The notes below the pieces were generated by a model that was not told the origin of the DNA, made no database searches, and worked only from the letters and a program-made list of their open reading frames with translations. The translations under genes were made by a program, and so were the position numbers. 64,000 nt of DNA, from NCBI RefSeq assembly GCF_042180575.1, contig NZ_CP170094.1:1784604-1848603 (forward strand), written 5' to 3'. The first letter of the stretch is position 1, and the number at the start of each line of letters is the position of its first letter. This document shows positions 48,487-59,071 of the stretch, piece after piece. Source of the DNA: Bernardetia sp. OM2101. Its GTDB lineage: Bacteria > Bacteroidota > Bacteroidia > Cytophagales > Bernardetiaceae.

Positions 48487-49500
48487 ATGCAAAACACAAT
48501 TAATAAAAAACCACCTACTCAAATGCGTGAAATCATGACTCAAATGGTTTCTTCAAGATGTTTGAGTGTTGCAGCCGAATTAGGCATTGCTGATTTAGTT
48601 GCTAATCAAGCCAAATCTACAACTCAATTAAGTCAAGAATTAAATGTAAATGAAAATGCTCTATATCGTTTAATCAGAGTTTTGGCTGTACAAGGGATTT
48701 TTGAACTTGATGAAAATCTTATGGTTTCTAATAATGATGTTTCTTATTTTTTGCGAGAAGAAGCAGATGGTTCTCAACGAAATTTTGCACGAATGATGGG
48801 AAGTCCTTGGATGTGGAAAGTTTTTAATGATTTAGAACACTCTATTGCTACAGGAGATTCAGCTTCTGAAAAAGCCATGGGATTTGAAAATCTATTTGAG
48901 TTTTTTAAAAAAGGTAGTCCAAAAGATGGAAAAATATTTAGTCAAGCTATGTCTAGTTTTTCGTACGCTTTTGATGAGCCTTTGGTAAATGCATACAATT
49001 TTAGTAAATATAAAAATGTGATAGATTTGGGAGGAGCTGAAGGACAGTTACTCAAAGTAATCAAAAAACATTATCCTGCTATTCAACCAATTTTATTTGA
49101 TTTGCCTCACGCCATCGAACAAGCAAAACAAAATGATACTAATGGAATTTTGGAATATGCAAAAGGAGATTTTTTTAATTCTATTCCTGCTGATATAGAT
49201 TGTTATGTAATCAAATATGTATTGCACAACTGGAATGATGAAGATTGTATCAAAATTCTCAAAAAATGTAGAGAAGCAATTCCTTCAAACGGACGTTTGT
49301 TAATTATGGATATGGTAATAAAAGAAGACGAAGCACAAGTTTTTGAAAAGTCATTAGATATTGTAATGTTGTTACTTTTGGGAGCAAAAGAACGCACCAA
49401 AGAAGAATTTGAAGATATACTAACTAAAGCAGGTTTTAAATTAAATGCTGTTTTTCCTACTAAAAGCCCTCTTAGTATTATTGAAGCAATTCCTGCGTAA
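48487..49500 (+). CDS. SAM-dependent O-methyltransferase (class I, Methyltransf_2 family)
   Basis: 337 aa. N-terminal dimerisation/winged-helix region. …VIDLGGAEGQLL…FDLPHAI…GDFF…YVIKYVLHNW… motifs. Confidence 0.8.
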   Translation: MQNTINKKPPTQMREIMTQMVSSRCLSVAAELGIADLVANQAKSTTQLSQELNVNENALYRLIRVLAVQGIFELDENLMVSNNDVSYFLREEADGSQRNFARMMGSPWMWKVFNDLEHSIATGDSASEKAMGFENLFEFFKKGSPKDGKIFSQAMSSFSYAFDEPLVNAYNFSKYKNVIDLGGAEGQLLKVIKKHYPAIQPILFDLPHAIEQAKQNDTNGILEYAKGDFFNSIPADIDCYVIKYVLHNWNDEDCIKILKKCREAIPSNGRLLIMDMVIKEDEAQVFEKSLDIVMLLLLGAKERTKEEFEDILTKAGFKLNAVFPTKSPLSIIEAIPA

Positions 49501-49521
49501 AAGATTTTGATTTTTTTGTAG

Positions 49522-49557
49522 AAAAGACCTTCTATTTTTTTTGGAAGGTCTTTTTTG
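49522..49557. terminator. bidirectional terminator using the same stem (agaccttc/gaaggtct) as the recA terminator
   Basis: aaagaccttctattttttttggaaggtctttttt. Confidence 0.55.
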
Positions 49558-49566
49558 TTTTTTAGA

Positions 49567-51987
49567 TTAGAAAGGATACCCAATAGCAATATTCAAGACT
49601 AAATTTTCTTTTCGCCAATCTTTATCTCTAATTTTTATCTGACTGGCTACCCACCGTTCATTTTCTGGAAGCCAAGGTTTGCTAAGAGGAAAAGCTACAT
49701 CAAAACGAAGAACAAAAAAAGTAACATCAACTCTAAGTCCTGCACCAACACCCAAAGCAATATCATTTATAAAATTATTTGAATTAAATAATCCTCCTTC
49801 ACGATTTTTGTCATTTTTCACAAGCCAAACATTTCCTGCATCTGCAAAAACAGCACCTTTAAACACACTATAAATAGGAAAACGATATTCAATATTTGCT
49901 TCCAAACGCATATCCCCTGTTTGGTCGTAAAAAAGTCCACTTGTACTATCTTTTGAAATATACGAACCAGGTCCTATCGAACGAGCTTGAAAGGCACGAA
50001 TACTATTTGCTCCCCCTGCAAAAAACTGCTTTGTATAAGGCAAAACATCAGCATTTCCATAAGGAATACCCACACCAGCAATAAAACGAGTGGCTATTTT
50101 GTGATGGGTTTCATCATTAAAATTGATATAATACCTAAAGTCTATATCTGCACGAGCATATTGTGCATACGGCTCACTAAAAATAGTATAGGGTTCTGCA
50201 CCACTAGATTTCCTAGACACAAAAATACTTTGAATACTATGAATTAGATTTCCACCTATGTCAATATTTCCATTAAAAAATAGATGGTTTTTATTTTTTC
50301 TAGTATTTTCATCTACACCAGCAGCACTTTGATAGGTAAATGAATAATTTCCACCAAAAATAAATTGATTTTGAAAACTTCGCTGTAAAAGTGGATTATC
50401 TCCAATCGCTTCATTGAAAAGACTGGTTGTGTCCATCAAACGCACATAATTTATAGAGATTGGATTAAAACGGTGTCTTTTAGTGGCTGTTTCTTGCCAA
50501 TCGTAACCAAATTGAGCTGTTCCAGAAAGTAATTTGAAATAGTTTACTCTACTTAATAATCGTATATCTCCTTGAAAAACAGTTTTGGGAACATACTTTT
50601 GAGCCAAACTAGGAATTTTAATTGGCGTAATAAAACGAGGAATATATACTTCCAAACCAGCACCAAGTTCATACGAGTAAAGTCCATTTTGTTGGTTCGG
50701 TTGTTCGACGCTTTGATTTGAGTTGCGTCCACTAACTTGCGTTTCGAAACGTCCATCTAAACGAACAACTAAAAGTTCTGCACCACCAAAAGCATTTTTG
50801 TTGCGATAACTCATATTTAATCCAGGACCTGCAAAATTATTTGACTTCGAAACCAAATTTAGCTCTGCTCTCAGTGATTTTCTTTTTGCAGGAACAAGCT
50901 GAATATACGCATCTAAATAACCTTCACTTCCTAAAGAATCAACAGGTTTGTATCGAATATCTGCAAATTTTAAAGCTCCTAATCCCATCAAGCGTTTTAA
51001 AGTTTGTTCGTGTCTTTCTGCTGAATATAGTGTATCAGGGTCTAAAAAAATAGAACGAGCCAATATTTCTGGACGAAACTGACACTCTTCCATCATACAA
51101 TAAAAAGTAGAATCTCCTTCTAACCTTCCTATTCTCTGCAATTTTTTAGAATTTTGTACAGAATCCATTCCCATTTTATAATTGGGAAATAAAAATACAT
51201 TTCGAATTCGGTAAGGCTTTCTAGCAAGATTGGGCATTTGCTTTTTTACCTGCATATAAACATTCATTTTTCGATTGCCGATTGTCGAATCTACTTTATA
51301 GATGATAAATTTATCACTAAAATAAAAATACCCTCTTTCTTTTGCATAATCATTCAACCTACTTCTTTCCTGTTCTAATAGCTGAAAATTATAAGGGTTG
51401 CCTGTTTTCAAGAGTGTTTCTTTTTGTGCATTATTTAGGACACTTCCTAGTGGCTCAGGTTCTTGAGGAAAATTAATGGTATCTAATCTGTAAGGTTGAT
51501 AAACAGTAGGAGTATAAATTATTTCTGCTGTTTTTCCATCTTGTTTGATTTTTGCCTCTGTTTCTGCTTGAAAATGACCATTTGCCAAAAGCCTATTCAA
51601 AATAAGTTTACGAACTCGTTCTTCATTCACATCTTTTATAAGAATAGGAGGTTTTCCAACTTTGGTCATTACCCAGTGCTTAAAACCTTTTTCTTTTTCA
51701 GTATAAAATGTATGATAAAAAGCCAACCTTGGGCGCATCCATAAAAATTTTGTATTTGGTTCTGGCGACAAAACTTCTTCAGCTTCTAGTTCAATACGGT
51801 CTTGTTCTGGGATTTTGCCTTCTTTTCTATCCCATTTTATTTCGCTTCCTGTATATAATGGATTTTCTTTGGTGATTTTACTCATCCCAGTACAGCCACT
51901 AATAAAAAAAATACTACCTAGAAAAAAGCTAATTATAAAAAAATGTGCAAAAAAATGAGGTACGAAAAGAGAAAAAATGTTTCGCAT
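49567..51987 (-). CDS. Omp85-family outer-membrane protein, TamL/TamA-like lipoprotein
   Basis: 806 aa. Signal peptide with lipobox-like …FISGCTG. POTRA-like N-terminal region. C-terminal bacterial-surface-antigen beta-barrel ending …IAIGYPF. Confidence 0.6.
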   Translation of the reverse strand: MRNIFSLFVPHFFAHFFIISFFLGSIFFISGCTGMSKITKENPLYTGSEIKWDRKEGKIPEQDRIELEAEEVLSPEPNTKFLWMRPRLAFYHTFYTEKEKGFKHWVMTKVGKPPILIKDVNEERVRKLILNRLLANGHFQAETEAKIKQDGKTAEIIYTPTVYQPYRLDTINFPQEPEPLGSVLNNAQKETLLKTGNPYNFQLLEQERSRLNDYAKERGYFYFSDKFIIYKVDSTIGNRKMNVYMQVKKQMPNLARKPYRIRNVFLFPNYKMGMDSVQNSKKLQRIGRLEGDSTFYCMMEECQFRPEILARSIFLDPDTLYSAERHEQTLKRLMGLGALKFADIRYKPVDSLGSEGYLDAYIQLVPAKRKSLRAELNLVSKSNNFAGPGLNMSYRNKNAFGGAELLVVRLDGRFETQVSGRNSNQSVEQPNQQNGLYSYELGAGLEVYIPRFITPIKIPSLAQKYVPKTVFQGDIRLLSRVNYFKLLSGTAQFGYDWQETATKRHRFNPISINYVRLMDTTSLFNEAIGDNPLLQRSFQNQFIFGGNYSFTYQSAAGVDENTRKNKNHLFFNGNIDIGGNLIHSIQSIFVSRKSSGAEPYTIFSEPYAQYARADIDFRYYINFNDETHHKIATRFIAGVGIPYGNADVLPYTKQFFAGGANSIRAFQARSIGPGSYISKDSTSGLFYDQTGDMRLEANIEYRFPIYSVFKGAVFADAGNVWLVKNDKNREGGLFNSNNFINDIALGVGAGLRVDVTFFVLRFDVAFPLSKPWLPENERWVASQIKIRDKDWRKENLVLNIAIGYPF

Positions 51988-52163
51988 TTGATAAAACGAG
52001 GATTAAACTATGAAAATGAAGAAATACAAGATATACTTTGCTTTTGTATCAACTTTTATATCTCAATTTTGTTTGGTGTAACAACTTCTAAATCAACTTA
52101 CTTTTAAAGCAAAAAAACAGAAACTCAAAAATTAAGTTCCTGTTCTTTAGACTTTCTATTTTT

Positions 52164-52550
52164 TTACTCTTCATCAGGATAAGGCACAAACACAAACCTT
52201 GTAAAGCCTTCATCAATAACAAAAAGACAACAAAATTCTTCTGGATTTTTGTAAGCAACTTTAAAACGTTCGCTGCCTTCTTTATCCAAAATATTTCTTT
52301 GCTCAAACTCTTCTAAGAAAGAAGCATAATAATCCCATTCCAACTCAGGCATTTCACGTTGCGAAAATAAAACTTGTCCGATAGGTTGTTTTGCTTTACA
52401 AATTGGAAAAACAGGATACGAAGAAAAGCCTCTTTTTTTGATTTGATAAGCAGCTTCTTTCAAATTATCTGCAATCTTGACAAAGTTTGTCGTTAGTTTG
52501 CCTAAATATTTTGAGTCTAACTCTGCATCGTTGTAATTTTCTATATCCAT
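52164..52550 (-). CDS. hypothetical protein
   Basis: 128-aa ORF. No motif recognised. Confidence 0.4.
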   Translation of the reverse strand: MDIENYNDAELDSKYLGKLTTNFVKIADNLKEAAYQIKKRGFSSYPVFPICKAKQPIGQVLFSQREMPELEWDYYASFLEEFEQRNILDKEGSERFKVAYKNPEEFCCLFVIDEGFTRFVFVPYPDEE

Positions 52551-52557
52551 TCTTAAT

Positions 52558-52593
52558 CAGTTAGCAGTTACCAGTAATTAGTAACCAGTTTAA
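52558..52593. repeat. degenerate heptanucleotide repeat (CAGTTAG/CAGTTAC/CAGTAAT/TAGTAAC/CAGTTTA) immediately upstream of the 52164-52550 ORF start
   Basis: cagttagcagttaccagtaattagtaaccagttta. Confidence 0.7.
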
Positions 52594-52610
52594 ATACATT
52601 TTAATTTTAT

Positions 52611-54059
52611 TTAGCGAATAACTTCTCTTGGAAAACTTACAATACTTTCGTATCCGTTTTCATCAACCGTAGCTACTCCAAAAAGATAATTGTCGATGAC
52701 AATATTTTCTAGTACAAAGGTAATTTGTTCTGTTGTATTTGTATCATTTTGATAAAATTCTTTTGGCACAAAACGAGCATTTTGCCATTGTGGAGCAGTG
52801 GTTTCTCTCCAATAAATTTTGTAACCTACAATAGTAGAGGAAGTACTTGAGTTTTCTTGTTTTGGTCTGTCCCAAGAAAGCGTAGTCGAAGGCTGAACAG
52901 CTCCACCGATTTTTACATTTTGAGGTGCTAAAGGCGACCAACCCAAACCTGCAAGTACAATCGCATTGACCGAGGTGAGTTTTGCCAAATACTCAAAATT
53001 TACTCCTGCTACTACATCACCATATTTTATTCCATCTTCTTCTCTAATATCTTGATGCTGACGGTTATAATTTTCGTGGCTTTCCATGATACGAACACCT
53101 GCAAAACCTTCATCATTAAAAGGTCTATGATGTCCACCTCTTCCAAATCTATCCAAACGATAAATCATTGTAGGATTCATTTCAGGCATATACTTTTGAG
53201 TTGTAGCATGAATATAACGAGCAAGCTGGCGAGAAATTCCGTCTATTTCGCCTCCGTAATAACGTCTTCTATTTCTTTCTTGTTTGGTTTCGGTAATGGG
53301 ATTTGGTTCTGAAAAAATACGAAAACTACGATTATCAATCACACCATTAACACCCTCAATATTTCCAATCATATCATTATTGATTACTCCAATTATATCC
53401 CAATTATCCTTTTTTGCTTGTTCTGCCATAAATTTACCTCCAAAAAGTCCTTGTTCTTCGCCTGAAAGAGCAGCAAAGGCAATACTATTTTTGAATTTAG
53501 ATTTTCCTTCAACATGATATTTTGATAAAACTCGTGCAGCTTCCAAAATACCAGCAATTCCTGTCGCATTGTCATTCGCCCCTTGTGCATCAATCGTATA
53601 ATTAGTTACGTCAGAAGCACGAGAATCAATATCGCCAGACATGATAGCATAACTATTAGGGTTTTCTGTTCCTCTCAAAATAGCAACTACATTGACAATC
53701 CAAACATCATTTACGATGCGCTCATTTGCTCCTTTTTTGAGTAAATTCCTTTGATAAGAAACTTCTAAACAACCATTACATTCTACCGAAATTTTATCAA
53801 ACTCTGCTTTTATCCATCTTCTAGCTGCGCCAATTCCACGAGTTTCTGAAACAGTATCTGAAAGTGTATGACGTGTTCCGAAGTCTGCTAATTTTTTGAC
53901 ATCATTTTCTACATTTTGAGTAGAGATATTTTTTATAATATCATACATTTTAGGGTCGTATTCAGAATAGCTTTCAGAATTTTGAGCAAAACTTTGAGTA
54001 AAATAAAAACTAGAAAATAATAGAAATACAGAAAGTAAAGGGATATGAAGTAATTTCAT
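52611..54059 (-). CDS. M28-family zinc aminopeptidase with C-terminal fibronectin-III-like domain
   Basis: 482 aa with a signal peptide. M28 metal-ligand motifs (…DNATGIAGILEAARVL… …SGEEQGLFGG…). C-terminal …TLSWDRP… FN3-like region. Confidence 0.8.
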   Translation of the reverse strand: MKLLHIPLLSVFLLFSSFYFTQSFAQNSESYSEYDPKMYDIIKNISTQNVENDVKKLADFGTRHTLSDTVSETRGIGAARRWIKAEFDKISVECNGCLEVSYQRNLLKKGANERIVNDVWIVNVVAILRGTENPNSYAIMSGDIDSRASDVTNYTIDAQGANDNATGIAGILEAARVLSKYHVEGKSKFKNSIAFAALSGEEQGLFGGKFMAEQAKKDNWDIIGVINNDMIGNIEGVNGVIDNRSFRIFSEPNPITETKQERNRRRYYGGEIDGISRQLARYIHATTQKYMPEMNPTMIYRLDRFGRGGHHRPFNDEGFAGVRIMESHENYNRQHQDIREEDGIKYGDVVAGVNFEYLAKLTSVNAIVLAGLGWSPLAPQNVKIGGAVQPSTTLSWDRPKQENSSTSSTIVGYKIYWRETTAPQWQNARFVPKEFYQNDTNTTEQITFVLENIVIDNYLFGVATVDENGYESIVSFPREVIR

Positions 54060-54155
54060 CTTAGGGAGAGTTAATTTTATGGATTAAGTTTTAATTCTTT
54101 TCAACTCAAATAATAAGATTTAGTTTTTGAATTAGATAATTACTTGCTTGAAACT

Positions 54156-54731
54156 CTATTCTATAAAACCTCCATTAGCATTACGAAATATTCTAGGTTT
54201 ACTTTTAAAATAACTAATTGTACGAATTGCTTTAGTAGAGTCTTCTTCTGAAACATGCCAATATAAAGAAGTCCTGACTGTATCAAGATTATTTTTATGG
54301 CTAATTCTTATTTTGGGAGAATAAGTGTCTATATTTTTCTCCATAATCTTATCCAAATAAACATAATCAAACTTTTCTATAGCATGATTAAACTCTTTTA
54401 TGTCAATAGGTAAATTATCTAATGAATCAGACAATATTTGATGATTACAATGACTTGGAATTAGAAAAGTATCTTCTTCATAACAAAACCCTTTTGCTAC
54501 CACATCATTTATATCTTCGGCATAAATTTGATAATAGACTTTTAAACGTTTTTTAGTTTTTGGTTGAAAATTGATGTAGCCACAGCTTCCAATAATTGTA
54601 TCACATTCTACAAGTTGATTTGTATCAATATCAAATACATCATCAAAGGGATTATAAGTAGGAGTTTGTTTGTAAAACATAATTCCAAGACAAAGAAGAA
54701 GAGCCGAACAGAGATAAAATAATCGTTTCAT
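54156..54731 (-). CDS. hypothetical secreted protein
   Basis: 191 aa with a signal peptide. No motif recognised. Confidence 0.35.
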   Translation of the reverse strand: MKRLFYLCSALLLCLGIMFYKQTPTYNPFDDVFDIDTNQLVECDTIIGSCGYINFQPKTKKRLKVYYQIYAEDINDVVAKGFCYEEDTFLIPSHCNHQILSDSLDNLPIDIKEFNHAIEKFDYVYLDKIMEKNIDTYSPKIRISHKNNLDTVRTSLYWHVSEEDSTKAIRTISYFKSKPRIFRNANGGFIE

Positions 54732-54909
54732 AACTTGAATTTATCAAAAAAAATGGAATTAAGAGTAATTTGAGAAAGATTATTTAATAGAAATAATATT
54801 CAAACATAAAAAAAATGACATTACTTTCAAAAGAAAATAATGTCATTTTTAAATATATGATTTATTAATCGTTTTTTATTCAGCTTATGAAAGAGAATAA
54901 AAATTTAGA

Positions 54910-56094
54910 TTAAAGAATTTCAGTTACTTGACCAGCACCTACTGTACGTCCACCTTCACGGATAGCGAAACGAAGACCTTTTTCCATTGCAATTGGTTTC
55001 AACAATTCAACAGTAATAGTGATGTTATCACCAGGCATAACCATTTCAACTCCTTCAGGAAGTTCAATAGCACCAGTTACATCTGTTGTACGGAAGTAGA
55101 ACTGAGGATTGTATCCTTTAAAGAATGGAGTATGACGACCACCTTCTTCTTTCTTCAATACGTAAACTTCTGCTTTAAATTTAGTGTGAGTAGAAACCGA
55201 ACCTGGCTTAGCGATTACCATACCACGTTTGATTTGTTCTTTATCAACACCACGTAAAAGAATACCAGCGTTATCACCAGCTTCAGCAGCATCTAATAAT
55301 TTACGGAACATCTCTACACCTGTAACAGTAGATTTGATTGGAGCTTCACCTAATCCTAAGATTTCGATTGGCTCACCTACTTTGATAGCACCACGTTCTA
55401 CACGACCAGTAGCAACAGTACCACGACCAGTAATAGAGAATACATCCTCAACAGGCATCAAGAATGGTTTGTCTGTAATACGAGGAGGCAATGGAATACC
55501 TTCATCAACAGCAGACATTAAAGCCAAAACAGTATCAACCCACTTGCCTTCTCCGTTCAATGCACCAAGTGCAGAACCTTGAACAACAGCGATGTTATCA
55601 CCATCAAAATCATAGAAACTTAAAAGATCACGGATCTCCATTTCTACAAGTTCTAATAATTCTTCATCATCTACCATATCCACTTTATTCATGAATACAA
55701 CGATAGAAGGAACACCTACTTGGCGAGCCAAAAGAATGTGTTCACGAGTTTGAGGCATAGGACCATCAGTAGCAGCTACCACAAGAATAGCTCCGTCCAT
55801 TTGAGCAGCACCAGTAACCATGTTTTTTACATAATCGGCGTGACCTGGACAGTCAACGTGAGCATAGTGACGATTAGCTGTCTCGTACTCTACGTGAGAA
55901 GTGTTGATAGTAATACCACGCTCTTTTTCTTCAGGAGCGTTATCAATTGAGTCAAAACTACGAGCTGCAGAGTGACCTGCATCTGCTAATACTTTCGTAA
56001 TTGCTGCAGTTAAAGTAGTTTTACCGTGGTCAACGTGACCAATAGTTCCAATATTTACGTGAGGTTTCGAGCGATCGAAGGTTTCCTTAGCCAT
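54910..56094 (-). CDS. tuf: translation elongation factor Tu
   Basis: 394 aa. [33 protein letters not shown]… and full-length EF-Tu similarity. Confidence 0.95.
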   Translation of the reverse strand: MAKETFDRSKPHVNIGTIGHVDHGKTTLTAAITKVLADAGHSAARSFDSIDNAPEEKERGITINTSHVEYETANRHYAHVDCPGHADYVKNMVTGAAQMDGAILVVAATDGPMPQTREHILLARQVGVPSIVVFMNKVDMVDDEELLELVEMEIRDLLSFYDFDGDNIAVVQGSALGALNGEGKWVDTVLALMSAVDEGIPLPPRITDKPFLMPVEDVFSITGRGTVATGRVERGAIKVGEPIEILGLGEAPIKSTVTGVEMFRKLLDAAEAGDNAGILLRGVDKEQIKRGMVIAKPGSVSTHTKFKAEVYVLKKEEGGRHTPFFKGYNPQFYFRTTDVTGAIELPEGVEMVMPGDNITITVELLKPIAMEKGLRFAIREGGRTVGAGQVTEIL

Positions 56095-56195
56095 CTTAAC
56101 AAAGAATTTAAAATAGTATGAGAATAGTATGAAAAGGTAATTCTTAATAAAATAATAACATAACCTATATGATACACTTGGTAGAGCCTACGTAG

Positions 56196-56267
56196 AGCCA
56201 ACGATGGGAATTGAACCCACGACCTCTTCCTTACCAAGGAAGCGCTCTACCCCTGAGCTACATCGGC
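56196..56267 (-). tRNA. tRNA-Thr (GGT)
   Basis: Cloverleaf folded by hand. Acceptor GCCGATG/CGTTGGC (two G-U pairs), D arm GCTC…GAGC, anticodon loop TTGGTAA, T arm GTGGGTTCAATTCCCAT. CCA not encoded. Confidence 0.8.
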
Positions 56268-56430
56268 TTATAGCATGATACAAACTTTCCATAATCTAGT
56301 CTCTTGTTTTATTTTTTTAGAGGATTAGTCTAAAAACATAAAATAGAGATTAGTGAAAAGTTTGTGTCTAATTAGTGTTATCTAATGTTGCTATAAAAAA
56401 TACCAATAGTTATGTATCAGATTATATTAG

Positions 56431-56503
56431 AGCGAGAGACGAGGCTCGAACCCGCGACCTACAGCTTGGAAGGCTGTCGCTCTACCAACTGAGCTACTCT
56501 CGC
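56431..56503 (-). tRNA. tRNA-Gly (TCC)
   Basis: Acceptor GCGAGAG/CTCTCGC, anticodon stem ACAGC/GCTGT with loop CTTCCAA, T loop TTCGAGC. The T stem as read has two G-U pairs. Confidence 0.75.
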
Positions 56504-56621
56504 ATATAAATTGAGGTTTAAGATAAAGTCTTAAAAATCAAAGTTTGGTTTTATTTGAAATAATACCATCTATTCCTAATGAATAAATATAAAAATAACT
56601 TTACAAATGTAAAAATTATTG

Positions 56622-56704
56622 TGGGGGGAGCAGGATTCGAACCTGCGAAGAAATTAATCAACGGATTTACAGTCCGTCCCAGTTGGCCGCTTTGGTATCC
56701 CCCC
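56622..56704 (-). tRNA. tRNA-Tyr (GTA), long variable arm
   Basis: Acceptor GGGGGGA/TCCCCCC, anticodon loop CTGTAAA, T arm GCAGGTTCGAATCCTGC. Tyr-Gly-Thr-tuf is a conserved bacterial arrangement. Confidence 0.8.
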
Positions 56705-56953
56705 AACTAGATTTGTTTAGCTTTTTCTAAACATTGCTTCAAAACAAATTTAAAATTTTGTGTTTAGTTTGTGTGTTAAAGCGAGTGCAAAAGTACAGAC
56801 TTTATTTTTACAATCCAAATTTTTTAAATAAAATTTTAAATTATTTTTCAGAAAAACTGTTAATTACTTAAAAAGTAAGCTGTTATAAATTTAATAATTT
56901 ACTTGATGTAAACTTAACAAATCTATAATTTGTTTTTAGTCTTTTTCGTTCCA

Positions 56954-56994
56954 TTTCTAACTAAATTAGTTGAAAATTAATTTAGTTAGAAATA
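56954..56994. terminator. perfect 16-bp stem hairpin downstream of secG / upstream of tRNA operon
   Basis: atttctaactaaatta gttgaaaat taatttagttagaaat. Confidence 0.5.
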
Positions 56995-57052
56995 GTTTGA
57001 AATTATGTTGCTGTATTTTTTAATCCTAACCTTTTGTTAGAATATTCTATCT

Positions 57053-57424
57053 TTATTGTTGTCCTTCAGTTTCTTTATCAGGATCAGAAGGGTTTGTTAC
57101 ATCATTTTGATCAAGCTGAGAACCACCCATTTGGTTAGGGTCAAGTTGTTCTTTTGCTTTTTCAACGTTTGGACTAATATATGTATCTGCTGGTTTTGCG
57201 TCAGTAAGGAGTGTTGCTCCAATACTTCCAACAAAAACAATAGCTATAAGTGTCCACGTAATTTTTTCCATTATGTTAGTGGTATTTTTTGCTCCCATGA
57301 TTTGATTTGCGCCTGCGCCTCCAAATTCTTTAGAGATTCCACTACCTTTCGGTTCTTGTGCGAGTACTACGACCATTAAAAGAATGGCAACAAATAGTAC
57401 AATGCTAATTAAGACGTATAACAT
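57053..57424 (-). CDS. secG: preprotein translocase subunit SecG
   Basis: 123 aa with two TM helices. Gly-rich loop …QEPKGSGISKEFGGAGANQIMGAK… typical of SecG, plus a polar C-terminal extension. Confidence 0.7.
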   Translation of the reverse strand: MLYVLISIVLFVAILLMVVVLAQEPKGSGISKEFGGAGANQIMGAKNTTNIMEKITWTLIAIVFVGSIGATLLTDAKPADTYISPNVEKAKEQLDPNQMGGSQLDQNDVTNPSDPDKETEGQQ

Positions 57425-57555
57425 ATATTTGTTTCTTAGATTTCAAATTTTGATTCTCTCAAATTATATATTTCTTCTTTTAGAAATTATTGAGAGCGCA
57501 AAGAAAGCACTTTTTTAGGGATTATCAAAAAAATGCTTGAAAATACTTTGATTTT

Positions 57556-58935
57556 TTATTCAAAATCTTGATATAACAAGTATTTTTTTCTCCTTGCTTT
57601 ATACTCTTCTAAGTCTTTTTGCCATGTTTTTTTGATTTCTTGTTCTGTCAAACCTGCTTTTATTTGGTCTTGTAGTTTATCATTTCCTGCTAGTGTATTG
57701 AAATAAGAATTGAAGAAATTATCTTTTTTACCTTCTAAATTCTCATCTTTTATCATCTGATAAAATTCTAAAATAGGTTTTAAAGAAAAACTGCTTTCTA
57801 GCTTTTGAGTTTGATAATCAATTCCATAACAAAGTTTGTTTTCGAAAGGTGGATATTTCGCACCTTCATTTGGTTTTGGAGTGAAAGAAATAGTAGATTT
57901 TTTTTGTGGAAAACTAGGATGCCCCACAACTTCAAAAGGAAAGTCTGTTCCACGTCCTACGCTCATTGTTGTTCCTTCAAAAAGACACAAAGAAGGATAA
58001 AGTAAAATAGAATTTTGAGTAGGAAGATTTGGCGAAGGTGCGATATTTAGCGTGTAATTATCCTTGTGGGAATAGTTTTGACACGAAATAACTGTTAAGT
58101 TGTCTCCTAATTGTATCTTTTGTTTTTTGCCATTTTCTAGCCATTTTTCGCCTTCTATCATCTTTGCAAGTTCGCCTACTGTCAATCCGTGAACAATCGG
58201 AATTGGGTGCATTCCTACAAAAGATTTGTACTTTTCTTCTCTGATACAACCATCCACATAAAAGCCGTTTGGATTTGGTCTATCTAAGATTATAATTTGT
58301 TTGTTATACTCGGCAGCAGCTTCCATACAATAGTGCATCGTGCTGATATAGGTGTAAAAACGTGCGCCAACATCTTGAATATCAAAGATTAGAACATCGA
58401 TATTTTCTAATTGGTTTTTAGTTGGTTTTTTATTTTTTCCATACAAAGAAATTATATCAATTCCTGTTTTGGTGTCTTTTCCATTTTTGATTGTTTCGCC
58501 TGCACTGGCTGTTCCACGAAAACCATGTTCGGGAGCGAAAATAGTTTGTATATTTATTTTATTTTCGTTATTATTTTTGAGTAAATAATCTACTAAATGA
58601 AGGGAATCATTATCTTTATAAATGACTGAAGTATGATTGACAATCATTCCGACACGTTTGTTTTTGATTAAATCAAAATACTTTTCTGTTTGGGCTGCGC
58701 CTATGATAATTTGTTTTGATTGGCTTGAGTTTGATATAATTTCTGTTTTGGTTGAATCTTGATTGACCATTTCGGTCTTATTTTCTTGAGAAATAGCGAC
58801 TTTATTATTGGTACAAGAAAAAAACAAGAGGGAGAAAAGCGAAAGATAGAGAGTAATTGAGTTCATTTTTTTATTTAGTGAATGGTTGATTTTAAGATTT
58901 GAATTTAGAGTTTTTATTAAGAAGTCATTTAGCAA
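57556..58935 (-). CDS. DUF1343 family protein (NamZ-like exo-beta-N-acetylmuramidase)
   Basis: 459 aa with a signal peptide. …IDVLIFDIQDVGARFYTYISTMHYCMEAAAE… block characteristic of DUF1343. Confidence 0.75.
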   Translation of the reverse strand: MLNDFLIKTLNSNLKINHSLNKKMNSITLYLSLFSLLFFSCTNNKVAISQENKTEMVNQDSTKTEIISNSSQSKQIIIGAAQTEKYFDLIKNKRVGMIVNHTSVIYKDNDSLHLVDYLLKNNNENKINIQTIFAPEHGFRGTASAGETIKNGKDTKTGIDIISLYGKNKKPTKNQLENIDVLIFDIQDVGARFYTYISTMHYCMEAAAEYNKQIIILDRPNPNGFYVDGCIREEKYKSFVGMHPIPIVHGLTVGELAKMIEGEKWLENGKKQKIQLGDNLTVISCQNYSHKDNYTLNIAPSPNLPTQNSILLYPSLCLFEGTTMSVGRGTDFPFEVVGHPSFPQKKSTISFTPKPNEGAKYPPFENKLCYGIDYQTQKLESSFSLKPILEFYQMIKDENLEGKKDNFFNSYFNTLAGNDKLQDQIKAGLTEQEIKKTWQKDLEEYKARRKKYLLYQDFE

Positions 58936-59071
58936 TGATTAAAATATCAAATAGCTTAAACTTTTTCGAAACAAGAGTGTTTTTGAAATAATTATTGATA
59001 AACCTTCAAAAATTGTTATTTTTAGCCTTTAATTAGATATTCCATTTTTTCAACTGAAATTTTTACAGCTC

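Noticed and set aside
56055-56237. 60-aa ORF spanning the tuf start and tRNA-Thr
   Set aside because: It overlaps a tRNA gene and the tuf start, so it is spurious.
56196-56704. tRNA genes lacking encoded 3-prime CCA and tRNA-Gly with a G-U-rich T stem, as possible pseudo-tRNAs
   Set aside because: The cloverleafs and anticodons are otherwise canonical. The Tyr-Gly-Thr-tuf arrangement is conserved. Absence of encoded CCA is common. The apparent irregularities are within normal tRNA variation or reflect my manual reading.
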